From Macrostomum lignano (Eukaryota): a stretch of DNA of 64,000 nt. The notes below the pieces were generated by a model, which saw only the letters and a list, made by a program, of their open reading frames with translations, made no database searches and was not told the origin of the DNA. The stretch's first letter is position 1. Each line of letters opens with the position of its first letter. This document shows positions 11,532-24,732 of this stretch, piece by piece. The stretch spans positions 429,454 to 493,453 of the forward strand of contig NIVC01000593.1 in the NCBI GenBank assembly GCA_002269645.1, read 5' to 3'. The position numbers and the translations under genes were made by a program.

Positions 11532-12083
11532 AGGAACAGTTGACGATAGCGGAGTGAACGTGGGCTCAATCAAGTTCAGATCAATATCCATATCGTCTTC
11601 GATGGGCTGATAGAGCTCCGAAGCTGACGCCACCGAATTCAAGGAGTTCGGCGACAACGGCGACAACTGGGAGGGACTGCGAGCCGGGCGAGCTCCGGTC
11701 GACATGTTGCCAGTTGCAGTTGTCGCCGTCACCGTCTGCTGCTGCTGAGCCAAATGAAAAGCGGTGGGATTCTCCAGACAGAATGCTGGCAGTAGCATCG
11801 ACGGAGCGCTGCTGCTAATGCTGGAATTGGTCCACGGGCCAACTAAGTGCACACTGGAAGCCGGCAGACGGGAGGTGATGATCAGCTTCTGAGCTGGACT
11901 GACATTCGGCACAGCGGAACACGGAGTTGAGACTGTGGCAGCCGAGGAAGCGGCCACTGCTATTGTGGCTGAGGACTGTGGCGCTGTCACCAATGTAGAG
12001 GCATTATTGTTACTATTATTGCTATTATTTAACTGCAGCTGTTGCCTGGTCAGCTGCTGTTTTAAATTAGTGCGCGAGGACAT
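11532..12083 (-). CDS. Mitf: MiT/TFE first recognisable coding exon (MSSRTNLKQQLTRQQLQ...EDDMDIDLNLIEPTFTPLSSTVP)
   Basis: SRTNLKQQLTRQQLQ resembles the MiT/TFE N-terminal SRILLRQQLMREQ motif. Donor CCT|GTGAGT at 11531, phase 0 with the next exon. Upstream exons or an earlier start cannot be excluded. Confidence 0.82.
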
Positions 12084-12527
12084 GCATGAAAGAAGAAAAT
12101 TACACCATAAATAATCCATCATAGTAACACACTTTTTAAAGAATTTAAGTACATATATACTGCACAGGTATTTACCTGAAACTAATTATATGATAAGGCG
12201 TAATTACTCTTCCAGTTTACCTATAAGCCTATTATTGTAAGTTAGTAGATAAGTTGTAATACACCTACATATTTCCCTATTGAACATTACACAAAAAATC
12301 TAAAACTGCAATTGCAATGGAATATTTTTCTAAATAACAACTAATTCTAATAGGATATAATTTACCTATAATTAAAAATGCTAATTGCTAAACTTAAAGG
12401 TATAGCTACTATAGTCTTAATGTCACACTTAAGGATTTAGCTATAATACTACTAATTATTTACTAATAATAATAATAAACTTTGATTGATATTACAAACT
12501 GCAGACTTAAGGGTACAGACATGTTTA

Positions 12528-12737
12528 GGTACAACCTTGGGATTCACTCAGCCATTTCTATTGGCAACACGCACATACATGCGCAACCTTGGGAATTACC
12601 TGGCCATTTCTATTGGCAACACACACATGTAAGTCGCTATTGGCTAAGAGCAGTCATGTGACTACTATTCTGTCCAATAGTGACACACATGTGTGTGTTG
12701 CCAATAGAAACAGCCAAGTGAATCCCAAGGTTGCACC
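12528..12737. mobile_element. MITE, 210 bp, with ~44-bp imperfect terminal inverted repeats and TA on both sides
   Basis: The left end GGTACAACCTTGGGATTCACTCAGCCATTTCTATTGGCAACAC matches the reverse complement of the right end (GGTGCAACCTTGGGATTCACTTGGCTGTTTCTATTGGCAACAC). There is an internal second copy of the TIR at ~12585-12622. Confidence 0.85.
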
Positions 12738-13301
12738 TAAGTATGAACACGCATACATATGACTTATATATATGCGTGTAGTGCTTATACAGATATATAA
12801 ACAGACTGTCTGTCTGTCTGTCTGTCTGTCTTAGTGTGTCTATCTGTCTGTCTATCTGTCTGAGACAAACAGATAGACAGACATACAGTATTGATCTATC
12901 GACCCATTCTTAGTCTTAGTTGTTAAATATAAATTAACAAATAAATTGTTACTAATTTTAAGAGCCTGACAATGCCTAACATGAGGCGAAACATGTTGCA
13001 TACAAAATGATAACGCTTACCTTAATTCTAAGTTTTACCAGTATTTTTCAAATGGAAAACTATGGAAAATTTTGCTTTTTTTTCAAAAAGTTGCGGTACA
13101 TAGTATGAGCAAACTTTTTTGATAAGATTTGTTCTGGCATATAGCACAATTAAACTTTTTTGATAGGGTTTGTTCTGGCACAAGCATGCTATGATCTTTA
13201 CTAAGGGTAAATAGTACTATTATCATTATTTACATAATAACTAAAATAAATATTAGTTTTATATTCTATGTATTCAAATACTACTTATGTTATAGCTATG
13301 A

Positions 13302-13976
13302 TCTCTACATATAAAAATCAAAACTCTGTCTGTGTGTGTGTGGACAATTTTGATCGCTATGGACTCCCAAACCGCTCAACCAAATTACACTAAACTTTAC
13401 ACCCACCCTAAACTTACTACGGAGAATGTCTTAGGCTACCTTTAAATTTCCTAAATTTGAGTCTTCCCACCTAAAAGTACAAAAAACTGCTTAAAATGTG
13501 TGATTTTTTCACTAAATCCTCCATAGCGCCGCTCCACTTCTACCGATCCTCTTCAAATTTAACACAGATAATCTTAAACTATTTTGGCACAATCATGTAA
13601 AATTTCGAGTCTCAAAGTTAATCCTGAGCGGTGCTGTGCACTTTTAAAGTTTGGCTGTTTTTTCAGCGTAGCAACCACCCGAACCTCCGCCCGCCTGCCC
13701 CTCTTTCCCGATACCGATCTGGGCCCAGATGTGTAAAAGGGTTTCAAAATTGACTAACTTTCAGCTGCCATAAATTTGCTCCACGTGAAGCGATTGACTT
13801 CAAACTTGACACAATTCTTCATTGACTCATTCTCTATCTAAATGTAAAGTTTCAACTCTGTAACTCAACCGAAAAAGAAACTGTAAGCATGTGAAGTTTG
13901 TCTGCTTTTTCTGTTGTTTGTGCCACTCACTCACTCATTCCCCCAGCCCAGACGAAGGGTCAGGCGATATGGCTGA
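13302..13976 (+). mobile_element. Non-autonomous Helitron-like element
   Basis: A|TC 5' start (ATCTCTACATATAAAAATC) followed by a TGTG microsatellite. Three degenerate internal AAAxTTxACAC-type repeats. Subterminal hairpin CCAGACGAAGGGTCAGG then a CTRR end (CTGA). Layout matches known invertebrate non-autonomous Helitrons. Confidence 0.6.
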
Positions 13977-14453
13977 ATGTACATAGCAAATGTACAGTGT
14001 TTTGGAATAACTTTATTTATAGCCTTCTCTGGACCCCGAGAGTGGAGAGGCTACGTTTAGCCATAACAGTATAGTGAGAAATTCTAACCACTGCCTTCCC
14101 CTCTATATTGGCAAACTCTGCACCTGCAGCAGTTTAACAGTGGATGGCAATTGGCAAATCGAGGGAATCCACTATCCAGCATGGTTTGTAAAAGCGAAAT
14201 ATTTATGAAAAGGCAATGCAATACAACCCTACTAAATTAGGCACACCATGAAATTTTAGGTTTCTTTTAAAGGTAAATATTAAATGGCCTCCTAAGAAAT
14301 GCGTATTTCCTTGGTTGTTAGACTGATGCAGACTGCAGTGGAGCTGAAGATACACAAATTCCTTTCAGGGCTGCAAATTGGCAACAAAGATGACATGCTC
14401 AAAGCATGAGAACAACCATGAGAGTACTACGTCCCACAAACTGGCTTTCCAAG

Positions 14454-15213
14454 CAGGGATGGGCAGACTTTTACCTCAAAGGCCAGATAAAGAATCCAGC
14501 TCATAGCTGAGGGGCAGATGAAAGTGGAAAGAAGAAGGAATAGACGATTAGAAGAGAGGAGAGGCGACAGAGGGGATAAAAGAAAAGATAAAAGATAATA
14601 GGAGAGATGAGGGGGTGAGGACGATGAGAGAGAGGGGGAGAAGAGGGGAGAGAGGAAAAGCGAGATGAGAGAGCAGAGAGCTGCAGATGAGAAGAGAGAG
14701 GAGACAGCAGAGAGGAGAGCAGAGAGGAAACAAGTGAAAGAAGAGATGAGAGAGTAAAGGGAAGAGAGAAGAGATAAAGATATATCTCTACATCTCTAAG
14801 GTTGTAGAGATGAGAGAGGTGGAAGGAGAGATGAGAAATGAGAGATAACGGAGAGAGGAGAGTGGAGTGAGAGAAGAGAGGGAGACAGAGTATAGAAAAG
14901 ACAGAGAAGAGAAAAGAAGAAAGGAGAAAGGAAAGTGAGGAGTCAAAAGAGGGGAAAGAAAAGAGTACAGAGGAGAGAGGTGAGAGAACATATAAGACAG
15001 AGATGCCAGATTAAAGAGGGGGATGAGAGAGCAGAGACGAGAGTGAACAGATAAAAGATGGGAGAGTAGAGAGAACAGAGGAGAGGTTACAGAGACGAGA
15101 GGAGAGAGGAGAGACAAAGGTAGAGAAGTGAGTGAGGAGAGAGAAGAGGAAAGAGGAGAATTGAGAGGGGAGAGAGTAGAGAGAGGAGGAGAGATAAGAG
15201 AGAAAGACAGAGA

Positions 15214-15303
<90 letters not shown>

Positions 15304-15900
15304 AGAGATAAGAGAGAAGGACAGAGAAGAGAGAGAGAGAGGGGGAGAGAGAGAGAGAGAGGGGGGAGCAGAGAGAAATGAGAAGAGATAAAAGAGAAAA
15401 TATAAAAGAAGAGAAAGGAAAGATGAGAGAGCAAAGACGAGAGAGAAAAGAGGTGAGGGAAGAGACGAGAGAAGAGGGGAGAGATGAGAGAGTAGAGGAG
15501 AGAGTTAAGAGAAGAGAGAAAAGAATACAAAGGAGAAGGAAGATAAGAGAGAAGAGGGGGTGAGAGGAGAGAGGAGAGGGGGAGAGAGGAGAGAGGAAAG
15601 GAGAGAAAACGAAAAAGTAGAGAAGAGAGGGTGAGAGGAGAGAGGAGAGGGGGAGAGAGGAGAGAGGAAAGAAGAGAAAACGAAAAAGTAGAGAAGAGAA
15701 AGGAGAGGAGATAGAAAAGAAGAGACAAGAGATGAGATAAGAGAGATGAAAGAGAAGAGAGATGAGGGAAGATACGAGAGAAGAGGGGAGAGAGGAGATA
15801 GGAGAGACGAGGGATGAGAGAGATGAGAGGAAACAAAGAGACGATAGAAATTTTAAAGGATCCAAGGGACGTAGGGAGAGTCAGGGAGAGACCAGAGTTT
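14454..15900 (+). mobile_element. hAT-like element 5' end followed by a ~1.3-kb GA-rich low-complexity tract
   Basis: CAGGGATGGGCAGACTTTTACCTCAAAGGCCAGATAAAGAATC is homologous to the sequence at 48166, and both are followed by GA-rich tracts. No clear right TIR found. Confidence 0.5.
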
Positions 15901-18900
15901 AGCAATATATGTTTTAGAGTCAGACAGACATTGCCTGACATTCTGCGCAGTACCCCAGCCAACAATGTCTCAAACCCAAATTTTACACGAATGTGCTCCA
16001 TTTTATCTCTACCTCTATCCTACTAACTATTAACAAGTTTTTTTTGTGTATGGCCTTAGATTTCAGAATACATGCAAAAGTAGTTCCGGGTATTGGAATT
16101 CCCCGGGTTCAAAATCCGCGGGTTTCAACAGCTTGTCCAATTATATTTAACTGTAAATCTATCTTTTTGAAAGCAAATAAAACACATTCTTATATGTGTT
16201 TCTTTTGAAACACCTTTTATACTTTGCATTATTAATAGTAGAGGCTAATAAAAAACACTAAGCTATAAACATATAATTCATATCTAAACTCAATTTATTA
16301 GCTTAGTCAGTTTAAACACATTATGAAAATAAAAGATATATGAGGACAAATATTGAATGATATAAGATAACACAATTTATAAAGTATTTACTTTAATTAT
16401 AGTATAACACTAACAATATTTACACAGTATCATGCAAATAATGACTGCTAATGTTAGGCCTATAACTATTACAGGCCTATCATTAAGTCATATATTAATA
16501 CTATTTCAAATTTAATAACTGTTATAGGCCTATCTCTAAATATATAATTAGGAATATAATAGCAATACCCTTGAATCTATCTAAAGATATAGTTATACAG
16601 TATTACACCCTTTAAGCTTGATGATAAAAATATAATACCAAGCCAAGGCCTTTGGCTTTTATTTCATTTTTAGAGTTTGCTCTTTGATAAGGAAAATATG
16701 TATCAAAGACAAACAATAATATAATTATAAACAATCCAATATTTAAAACTGCTAATTTATTAAGATTGCTATTTTACACAAGCAAGGCTATGTCACTAGG
16801 TATTATTATAAAATTATAAGATTCATTCAAAAAACAAAAAATGCCAAAAATGCCAAGTAGTAGTAGGCCTAGGCCTATATTTATTATGAGAAGCATCTGG
16901 AATCTGAGTTATGAAAATATTAAAAATATTACTAAGACTAATTTTAAACAGTTGGATTACTAAGCAGAAATATCTGTTAGTATTTAGAATTTTTTATTAC
17001 ATTGATTGATTTAAACAACAAAAAAAGTCTCATGTTTACTTAGGTGAAATGAGAAGCAAGAATTGTTTAAATTCAACTTGGCTTTGGGCCTGGTTGTAAC
17101 TTTTACTTAAAAAAGGACAAATCCATATAAACATATGCGATAGAGGATCTATCCATTTTATAAGAGAACTGAAGCGAAGTAAAGGATTAATATATATGCA
17201 CATGACATGTCCAAACTGAGCAATGAGCATTAAGCGAGCTAATTAGCTAATTTTTATAAATTAAAAAAATGCCACAACCACGTGAAAAGCACGAGAAGAA
17301 AGTATTAGTTAATAACTCATGTTTCCAAGCTAAAATAGGTTAAAAGTGTCGCAAGTACAAAAGGTCTATAAAATTTTAGTTCAGGTACGTTTTTTCTAAG
17401 CTAGGAAATTATGGATTGTTTTAGTCAGTGTATTTTCCTAACGTGCTTTTTTTCCGTGCCCGTGAGCTCAATTTGTCAAGATGCCTATATAGGCCAAGTT
17501 TAATTGGAAAGGAAGATGTAACTGTAAAACCACTAATATTAGCTATACTCCAATTTTAGGATTTTTTAACGAATTAAGATAGAAGAAAATCACTCAATTT
17601 CATACTATTAATACACTGTATGAAATACTCAAGGGCTGCCAAAAAACGTACGTTAGTCCAACGAGGGCGATTTACATGCAAATTAGGATTTGAGAGAATT
17701 ACGATTGGCGATGTCTTTAGCATAGCTATACATATGCATACATTACTAGTACAAGTTGTCCTTGTACTATAAGATCGAAAGCATATGCGATTATTATGTA
17801 ACTCATAATACATGACACTTATCTGCCATTATCTGACAATTGCGTTGGATCTTAACTCGTCAGACTAGCTATATTAACGTGCTCAGCTCAAGTATACGCG
17901 GGCTACCCAGATTGCAGCCGCGCGAGTGTGCCGGATCTTGTGTGGTATGGCATACGGCACATAATTTTACAGCCATGGACCGACCCTCGTACAATAGGTG
18001 AAGCTTATACATGCATAATAGCTGCTGTGTTGACTTTGGCTCTGTCTTTTGATGCCCGTTTTGCGATTTGCAGACGATAACAAAGTCTTTTCGACATTTT
18101 CGACCAACCCCTACACATGCACGGTAGCTTTAACTGCAGTTTCTTTCGGCTGCAGCAAACGGTTCGAAGCCAAAAGAGCTTAAAATTACAATTATATATT
18201 TTAAGGCCTGCCTGCTGCTTCCAATATGGAAAATGCAGGCACGCAGTTATTTGTATGAACAGATTTATTTCCTGCGATAAGCCTGCAGCTGCTATTGTCC
18301 TTCAAACTACATGTAAAGCTGCTATCTACACATTTTGGAACGGTACTTTCTAGAATTTTGGCTAGATTTTTTCTTCTGATTTGCACATGCATGCAGGTAT
18401 ACTACTGTGGGCTGGTACCTGTATAATGCATGCTACACAAAGTCTAAAACTATGAAGCAAAAAAAGTGCAGCGTGCATGAAAGAGGTTAATTGTGACACA
18501 AAGAAAAACGAACGAGGAACACTGCGCTGTCGACTTCAAATTTTGTTGCAACTTTTTCCTGTTTAAAAATCCTTTTAATGCGTTTTCAGGGAGTTCCACA
18601 CATTGCAGTACATGCATGTAAGCAGAATAAAAATACCCTACAGCCATATTCCGTATACACATTTATATTGTAATATCACCGCAAAATAAAATTCAATGTA
18701 TAGAAGCGCGCACAAACGTAGTAACGCCCACACTGCGCAGAAAGCTAAGCCCACACACTTCATGCGAGCTATACCTATGCAGTATGCATTCCAGTAAGAT
18801 CAACAGCAATTGCTGCTCCTTATAGCTGTGTTGGGGGAGCCTCTATAATGGGAGACTTGTTGATACAAGGCACTTCAAAGCAACCAAAAGTAAACCCAAC

Positions 18901-19609
18901 CCACATTCAGCTTATATTATGCAGCAATGCTTGTATTTACAACGCGACCTTTAAGAAAAAAATTTTGCCTTTGGCCTCCAGGCTAGCCCCCTGGCTACAA
19001 ATCAGTTCGATCAGTTTGACTTGGCCTGCTGTTTTTGTGTTGCTAAAGCCGGGCAAAGTAATATTATAGGTCTTCTATAGCAGAGGGACCCATTGCAGCC
19101 CCATTTGGCTACAAAACTTTCTCGGCACAACACATCAGGCCAACTTGGCCCCCAGGCCAACTAAATTTATTCCTTCCGTCATGCCCACAGACCGGGTTGC
19201 CACACAGTTTGCCACAGAATCCAATAAAAACACGTGATCGGCATATTTGACAGCCAGCTTCCCAGATGCTTTATCGTCACATAGTCGCATTGGGATTCGT
19301 TAGGAAGGACATTTCAGAGAATAAAGGAAAGTTTGGCGTTTAGTTAATGCTTATTTCACTACACAGCTTACCTGCATTGCCGACCTTGCTTACAATTTAG
19401 TGACACTAAAACTACAAGATTCGATGGATTTTCTACCGGACTTTTCACATTTTCATTTACACTGCAGACAACAATCGGTATAGGGGTTAGGGTAGATCCT
19501 TCAGCTGACGCATTCGGTAGAGGTACATGTGGGACCTGGTGCACATTGCATGGGAGTCCGATGCGCTTTATGTATTGACTGCAATAGGGAAGAGAAAGGA
19601 AGAGGGGTG

Positions 19610-20734
<1,125 letters not shown>

Positions 20735-21815
20735 CGAGTAGATACCGGTAGGTATGTAGGTAGGTAGGTAGATAGTTAGGCAGGTAGAGAGAAAAAGTAT
20801 TTTCTCAGGTAATGGAGTAACGGATCAACGCTTTTTGTAAAAACTTCCGCTATTCTATTTTCATTTTTAACGGAATGTGGTGTCAAAAAGTTGCTTGTTT
20901 CGTATTTCAACACGCTGCTTTTAACACAAACGGAAGTTACTTTTTTGAATAACGCTGCCTATGCCTAGCACAGTTCATTTCTATATGACCCTTACTGACG
21001 TCATTGCATTAGCGAGAGAAAACAGATCTGGGTGCGCAGCGAATTCCGCAGGTCCCGAAGTCGAAGAAAGAAAGACTATAAAACTATACTGAGGTATTCC
21101 AAAGTCCTGCGACAGTTTTGTACCCATTCGATTGAGGGCAGGGAGGAATGTCTTTCGTTAATTGATTGGAGCGAATGGTGGAAGAAACGCAGCTTCCGTC
21201 TTCCAAGTCCAGTTTTGGAATTGATAATCTCGAAAAAAATTGCTGCGAAAGTTGCTGATAGTAGTGCTTACGAAGCAAGAATTTGCCACAGAATATCGCA
21301 GTTTTATTGAACAAATACTGCCTACGAGCATGATGGATGAACAAAGTATATGACCTTAGTGTAGTTGATTTATCGTATATAGTAAGTTTATAGTGGTTAG
21401 CTATAAAGTATTCTATAAAATTTGCGTGTTCAACTACTGAAAAAGTAAAAAACATACTTTTTAAAAAATCCGATCCGATCCGATTCTGAAGCTAGCAAAT
21501 TAGAATGGTGAAATATCCGACACAGATTTAAACCAGTTGTGCGAATTAAATGAACAGATTTTCCGTCTTAGAACTGGCTTAAGAAATTTATAATTGCTTT
21601 CTTGCATTACACTGATTGACGTGGCAAAATGCGACACAATTAAAGTTAAACATTCCGCATACTGTAAGTAGCTTAGCCAGCCATAGGCATCAATTCAACT
21701 CTGCACGAGTAGGTCAAGTTTTCTAAAACAAACGAGCTTGCCACTGACGGGTACAGGCAATTATTTTTAAACGCTTCAGTTGACAATCATCATATTTAGC
21801 ATTGACGTTTGAGCA

Positions 21816-22510
21816 CAGGGGCGTCGCCATGGATTTTATGGTGGGGGGACAAAGCCAAGAATTCTACAATTTAGAATCCTACATCCTACTCAATTTAGCG
21901 CCAAAAGCACTCATTTTAGCGCCAAAAGCACTCATTTTAGCGCCAAAAGCACTCATTTTAGCGCCGCAGGCTCTCATGTTAGCGCCGCAGGCACCATTTT
22001 AGCGCCGCAGGCTCTCATGTTAGCGCCGCAGGCACTCATTTTAGCGCTGAAGGCACCATTTAAGCGCCGCAGGCTCTCATGTTAGCGCCGCAGGCACTCA
22101 TTTTAGCGCCGCAGGCACCATTTTAGCGCCGCAGGCACTCATTTTAGCGCCGCAGGCACCATTTTAGCGCCGCAGTCTCTCAAGTTAGCGCCGCAGGCAC
22201 CATTTTAGCGCCGCAGGCACCATTTTAGCGCCGCAGGCACTCATTTTAGCGCCGCAGGCACCATTTTAGCGCCGCAGTCATTAATTTTGGCGCCGCAGGC
22301 ACTCATTTTAGCACCACAGTCCTTCATTTTAGCGCCGTAGGCACTCATTTTAGCGCCGTAGGTGCTATGTTTTGTCACCATGCAGCAAAATTATTGATTT
22401 CCACAACGGGCCACAAGGTGGGGTGGGGGGACAAAGCATTGGCATGTCCCCCCCAGATCTTTTACTGGGGGGGACATGTCCCCCCTGTCCCCCCGTTGGC
22501 GACGCCCCTG
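21816..22510. mobile_element. hAT-type MITE, 695 bp, carrying an internal 21-bp tandem array (21895-22365, TAGCGCCGCAGGCACTCATTT)
   Basis: Perfect 14-bp TIR CAGGGGCGTCGCCA / TGGCGACGCCCCTG. The 8-bp flanks TTTGAGCA and GTTGAGCA match at 7 of 8 positions; an 8-bp TSD with CAG termini is typical of hAT elements. Confidence 0.88.
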
Positions 22511-22753
22511 GTTGAGCAGGAGTAAGCGGGCAACAGAAAAGTCCACAGATGGCAATAGTGAAGTTAATTTATAGTTAAACCCCGCTAAAGTACCTATAGT
22601 GAGTTTCCTGGAAACGAAATTCTTCTTGACCACCCCGAAGAATCCACAGAGGTGTCTGTGTCCTGTATGAACTGGGTCACCGTTTTGACGTTTTGATTTG
22701 TCAGTCGCAATATTCAATTATTTGTTGATTGGTTCCGAGGGAGCCACAGCAGG

Positions 22754-23881
22754 CTATGACGTCACGCTGCGCTCTGCTGCGCCCTCCCTGACCGGCACAG
22801 GGGTGGCACCTCGGCCGTTGTGCTGCCTGACTGCCGTGGAAGCCGCCACCAGCGGCGCCTCCACGATCAACAGACCGCCGGGCGTCAGCGAGGCGTCCGC
22901 TTCGTCTGGCTCGACCTCTTCCGGTAGGTCGCAGTCGCGCTGGAACTCGCGGAAGAAGCTCCGACCTCTGGAGCGCTCCTCGTGCCTGGCCGTGACTCGT
23001 AGCCGACTGTCGCACACCTGGACACGCACCTCGTCGGGGCTGTAGCCGCTGCCGAGGCGAAACTGCAGCCGGACGAGGCGTCGCCCGTCGGCTAGAGCGA
23101 CAATCCGCGGCGTCTCGTCTGCATCCGACGATATTGTCTCAGCGGCAATCGACGACGACGGGGAGATCGGCGTCGGAGACTGCGGCTGCTTCGGCAGCTG
23201 GTGCTGCTGCTGGTGCCAGCTGTCGTCCTCTACTACTGCATCGATGAGCAGCACGCCGTCCGCTGTGACGCAGGCTGTTAGGCTGTCCGAAAGGCAGCCA
23301 GCCGGCAGCCCGATAGCTCGGACGAGCTCCCGGGAGCCACCGGCGCCGCCGCTGACCCGAACGGTGACCCGACGGGGCGGGCCCTGGCCAGGCGTCACGA
23401 ACGCGGTCACCTGCAGCGGAGGCGACGACGATGACGATTCAGCGATGCAGCCGAAGCCGCGCAGGTCCAGCCGAACGCGGTGGCCAAGCCGACCGTCCGG
23501 ACGACGCGCGGTGTGCGTGTGCAGCTGGTCGAAGGTGTGCGCGTCCAGCAGCGCCGCCGCACGCTCCTTCAGCGCTCCACCGCCCCCGCCTGCGCCGCCC
23601 GCGCCTCCTACACCACTGCCGACATCCTGCCGTCCAGCTGAGGAGAAAAATTGCTCTCGCATGAGGCGAACTTCCTCCTCCCAGCGACGGCGGCTCTCGG
23701 CCAGACGGGCTGAGGTCTCGTCATACCAGTCCCGCTCCGGCTGGCCGCGTCCCGCTGTGGCGGCCGCCTCCGCCGCTCTGTTGAACTCGACTGCCAGCTC
23801 GGCGTACTGGCGAGGATCGCGCGACACTGGCAGCTGTCTTTGATCCTCATTTATAGCTGCTGCCGCGGATGACGACGCCAT
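22754..23881 (-). CDS. Small heat-shock protein with two alpha-crystallin domains (flatworm p40/Tsp36 type), 375 aa, intronless
   Basis: The C-terminal domain is clear (GYSPDEVRVQVCDSRLRVTARHEERSRGRSFFREFQRDCDLPEEVEPDEADASLTPGGLLIVEAP). A divergent first domain is present (RVRLDLRGF...RELVRAIGLP...ACVTADGVLLI). N-terminal helix RRRWEEEVRLMREQFF. Confidence 0.92.
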   Translation of the reverse strand: MASSSAAAAINEDQRQLPVSRDPRQYAELAVEFNRAAEAAATAGRGQPERDWYDETSARLAESRRRWEEEVRLMREQFFSSAGRQDVGSGVGGAGGAGGGGGALKERAAALLDAHTFDQLHTHTARRPDGRLGHRVRLDLRGFGCIAESSSSSPPLQVTAFVTPGQGPPRRVTVRVSGGAGGSRELVRAIGLPAGCLSDSLTACVTADGVLLIDAVVEDDSWHQQQHQLPKQPQSPTPISPSSSIAAETISSDADETPRIVALADGRRLVRLQFRLGSGYSPDEVRVQVCDSRLRVTARHEERSRGRSFFREFQRDCDLPEEVEPDEADASLTPGGLLIVEAPLVAASTAVRQHNGRGATPVPVREGAAERSVTS

Positions 23882-23939
23882 ATAGCTGATGGCCTAGTCC
23901 CAATTATCGCGTATGATTTCTTCAGTCTTTTATTAGCTA

Positions 23940-23987
23940 GACTGCTTCCGTTAGCTTCCGTCGCGATGGGGGGGTCAAGCTATATAG
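23940..23987 (-). promoter_or_regulatory. Core promoter of the sHSP gene: TATA-like TATATAG (23986-23980), two ACGGAAG motifs and an Inr-like CAGT about 60 nt before the ATG
   Basis: Motif spacing seen in the sequence; the start site is inferred. Confidence 0.5.
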
Positions 23988-24643
23988 AGGTAGTTGAGGG
24001 AGAAATCCGGGAAATGAGGGGAAGGGAAGAATGGAAGGCCTGTGCATGCAGTTGCTATTTAATGCACTGCTGTCCAGGGCTTATAGGTGCTGAACGCGAG
24101 GTACACGGAATGAGGATCAAGGTCCGGGATTGGGTCGTGTTTGGAGCGGAGGTTAGGGCTAGGACTAGCACAGCTCTGGGGTGGGGCAACGACGGGCCAC
24201 CTCCCACATCCACATAGCGGACGAAATTGGCCTGTCCCTTTTTATGCGTCGGCAATAGAGCTTTTCTCCCATCTAAAGCGGTGGAGAGAGGGGAATTCAT
24301 TCCCTTTTAGCATTGCAGCAGTGTTCCAAGGTCTGCTGGCTTCATCGCTCTCTGCTTTTGCAGTTTCTGTAGCTCTAGGAGTAGATTGCATTATAATGTT
24401 AAGTTAAGTGCATGGCTTGAATTTGTGTATACAAGTGGCAATTTTGGGATGCATATACGGGGCAGAGAAGTGTGGATTAAGCCCCTATATTAACTCTTGA
24501 GACTTTACTTTCCATGGTAGTTACCGCAGCACATTACAACAAAACCCAGCTATTACATTAACCAGTATATTATTGATTTTATAATTCAATAATTGAATGT
24601 CTGATTTACAACTTTGCTATATAATACTTTCGTAGACTTATTA

Positions 24644-24646
<3 letters not shown>

Positions 24647-24730
<84 letters not shown>
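24647..24730. repeat. (GA)n microsatellite
   Basis: Direct inspection. Confidence 0.99.

Positions 24731-24732
<2 letters not shown>

Noticed and set aside
14548-16026. Leu/Ser-rich and Glu/Arg-rich ORFs
   Set aside because: GA low-complexity tract
24001-24040. Possible heat-shock element upstream of the sHSP
   Set aside because: The GAA triplets are not in alternating nGAAnnTTCn or three-step 10-bp spacing
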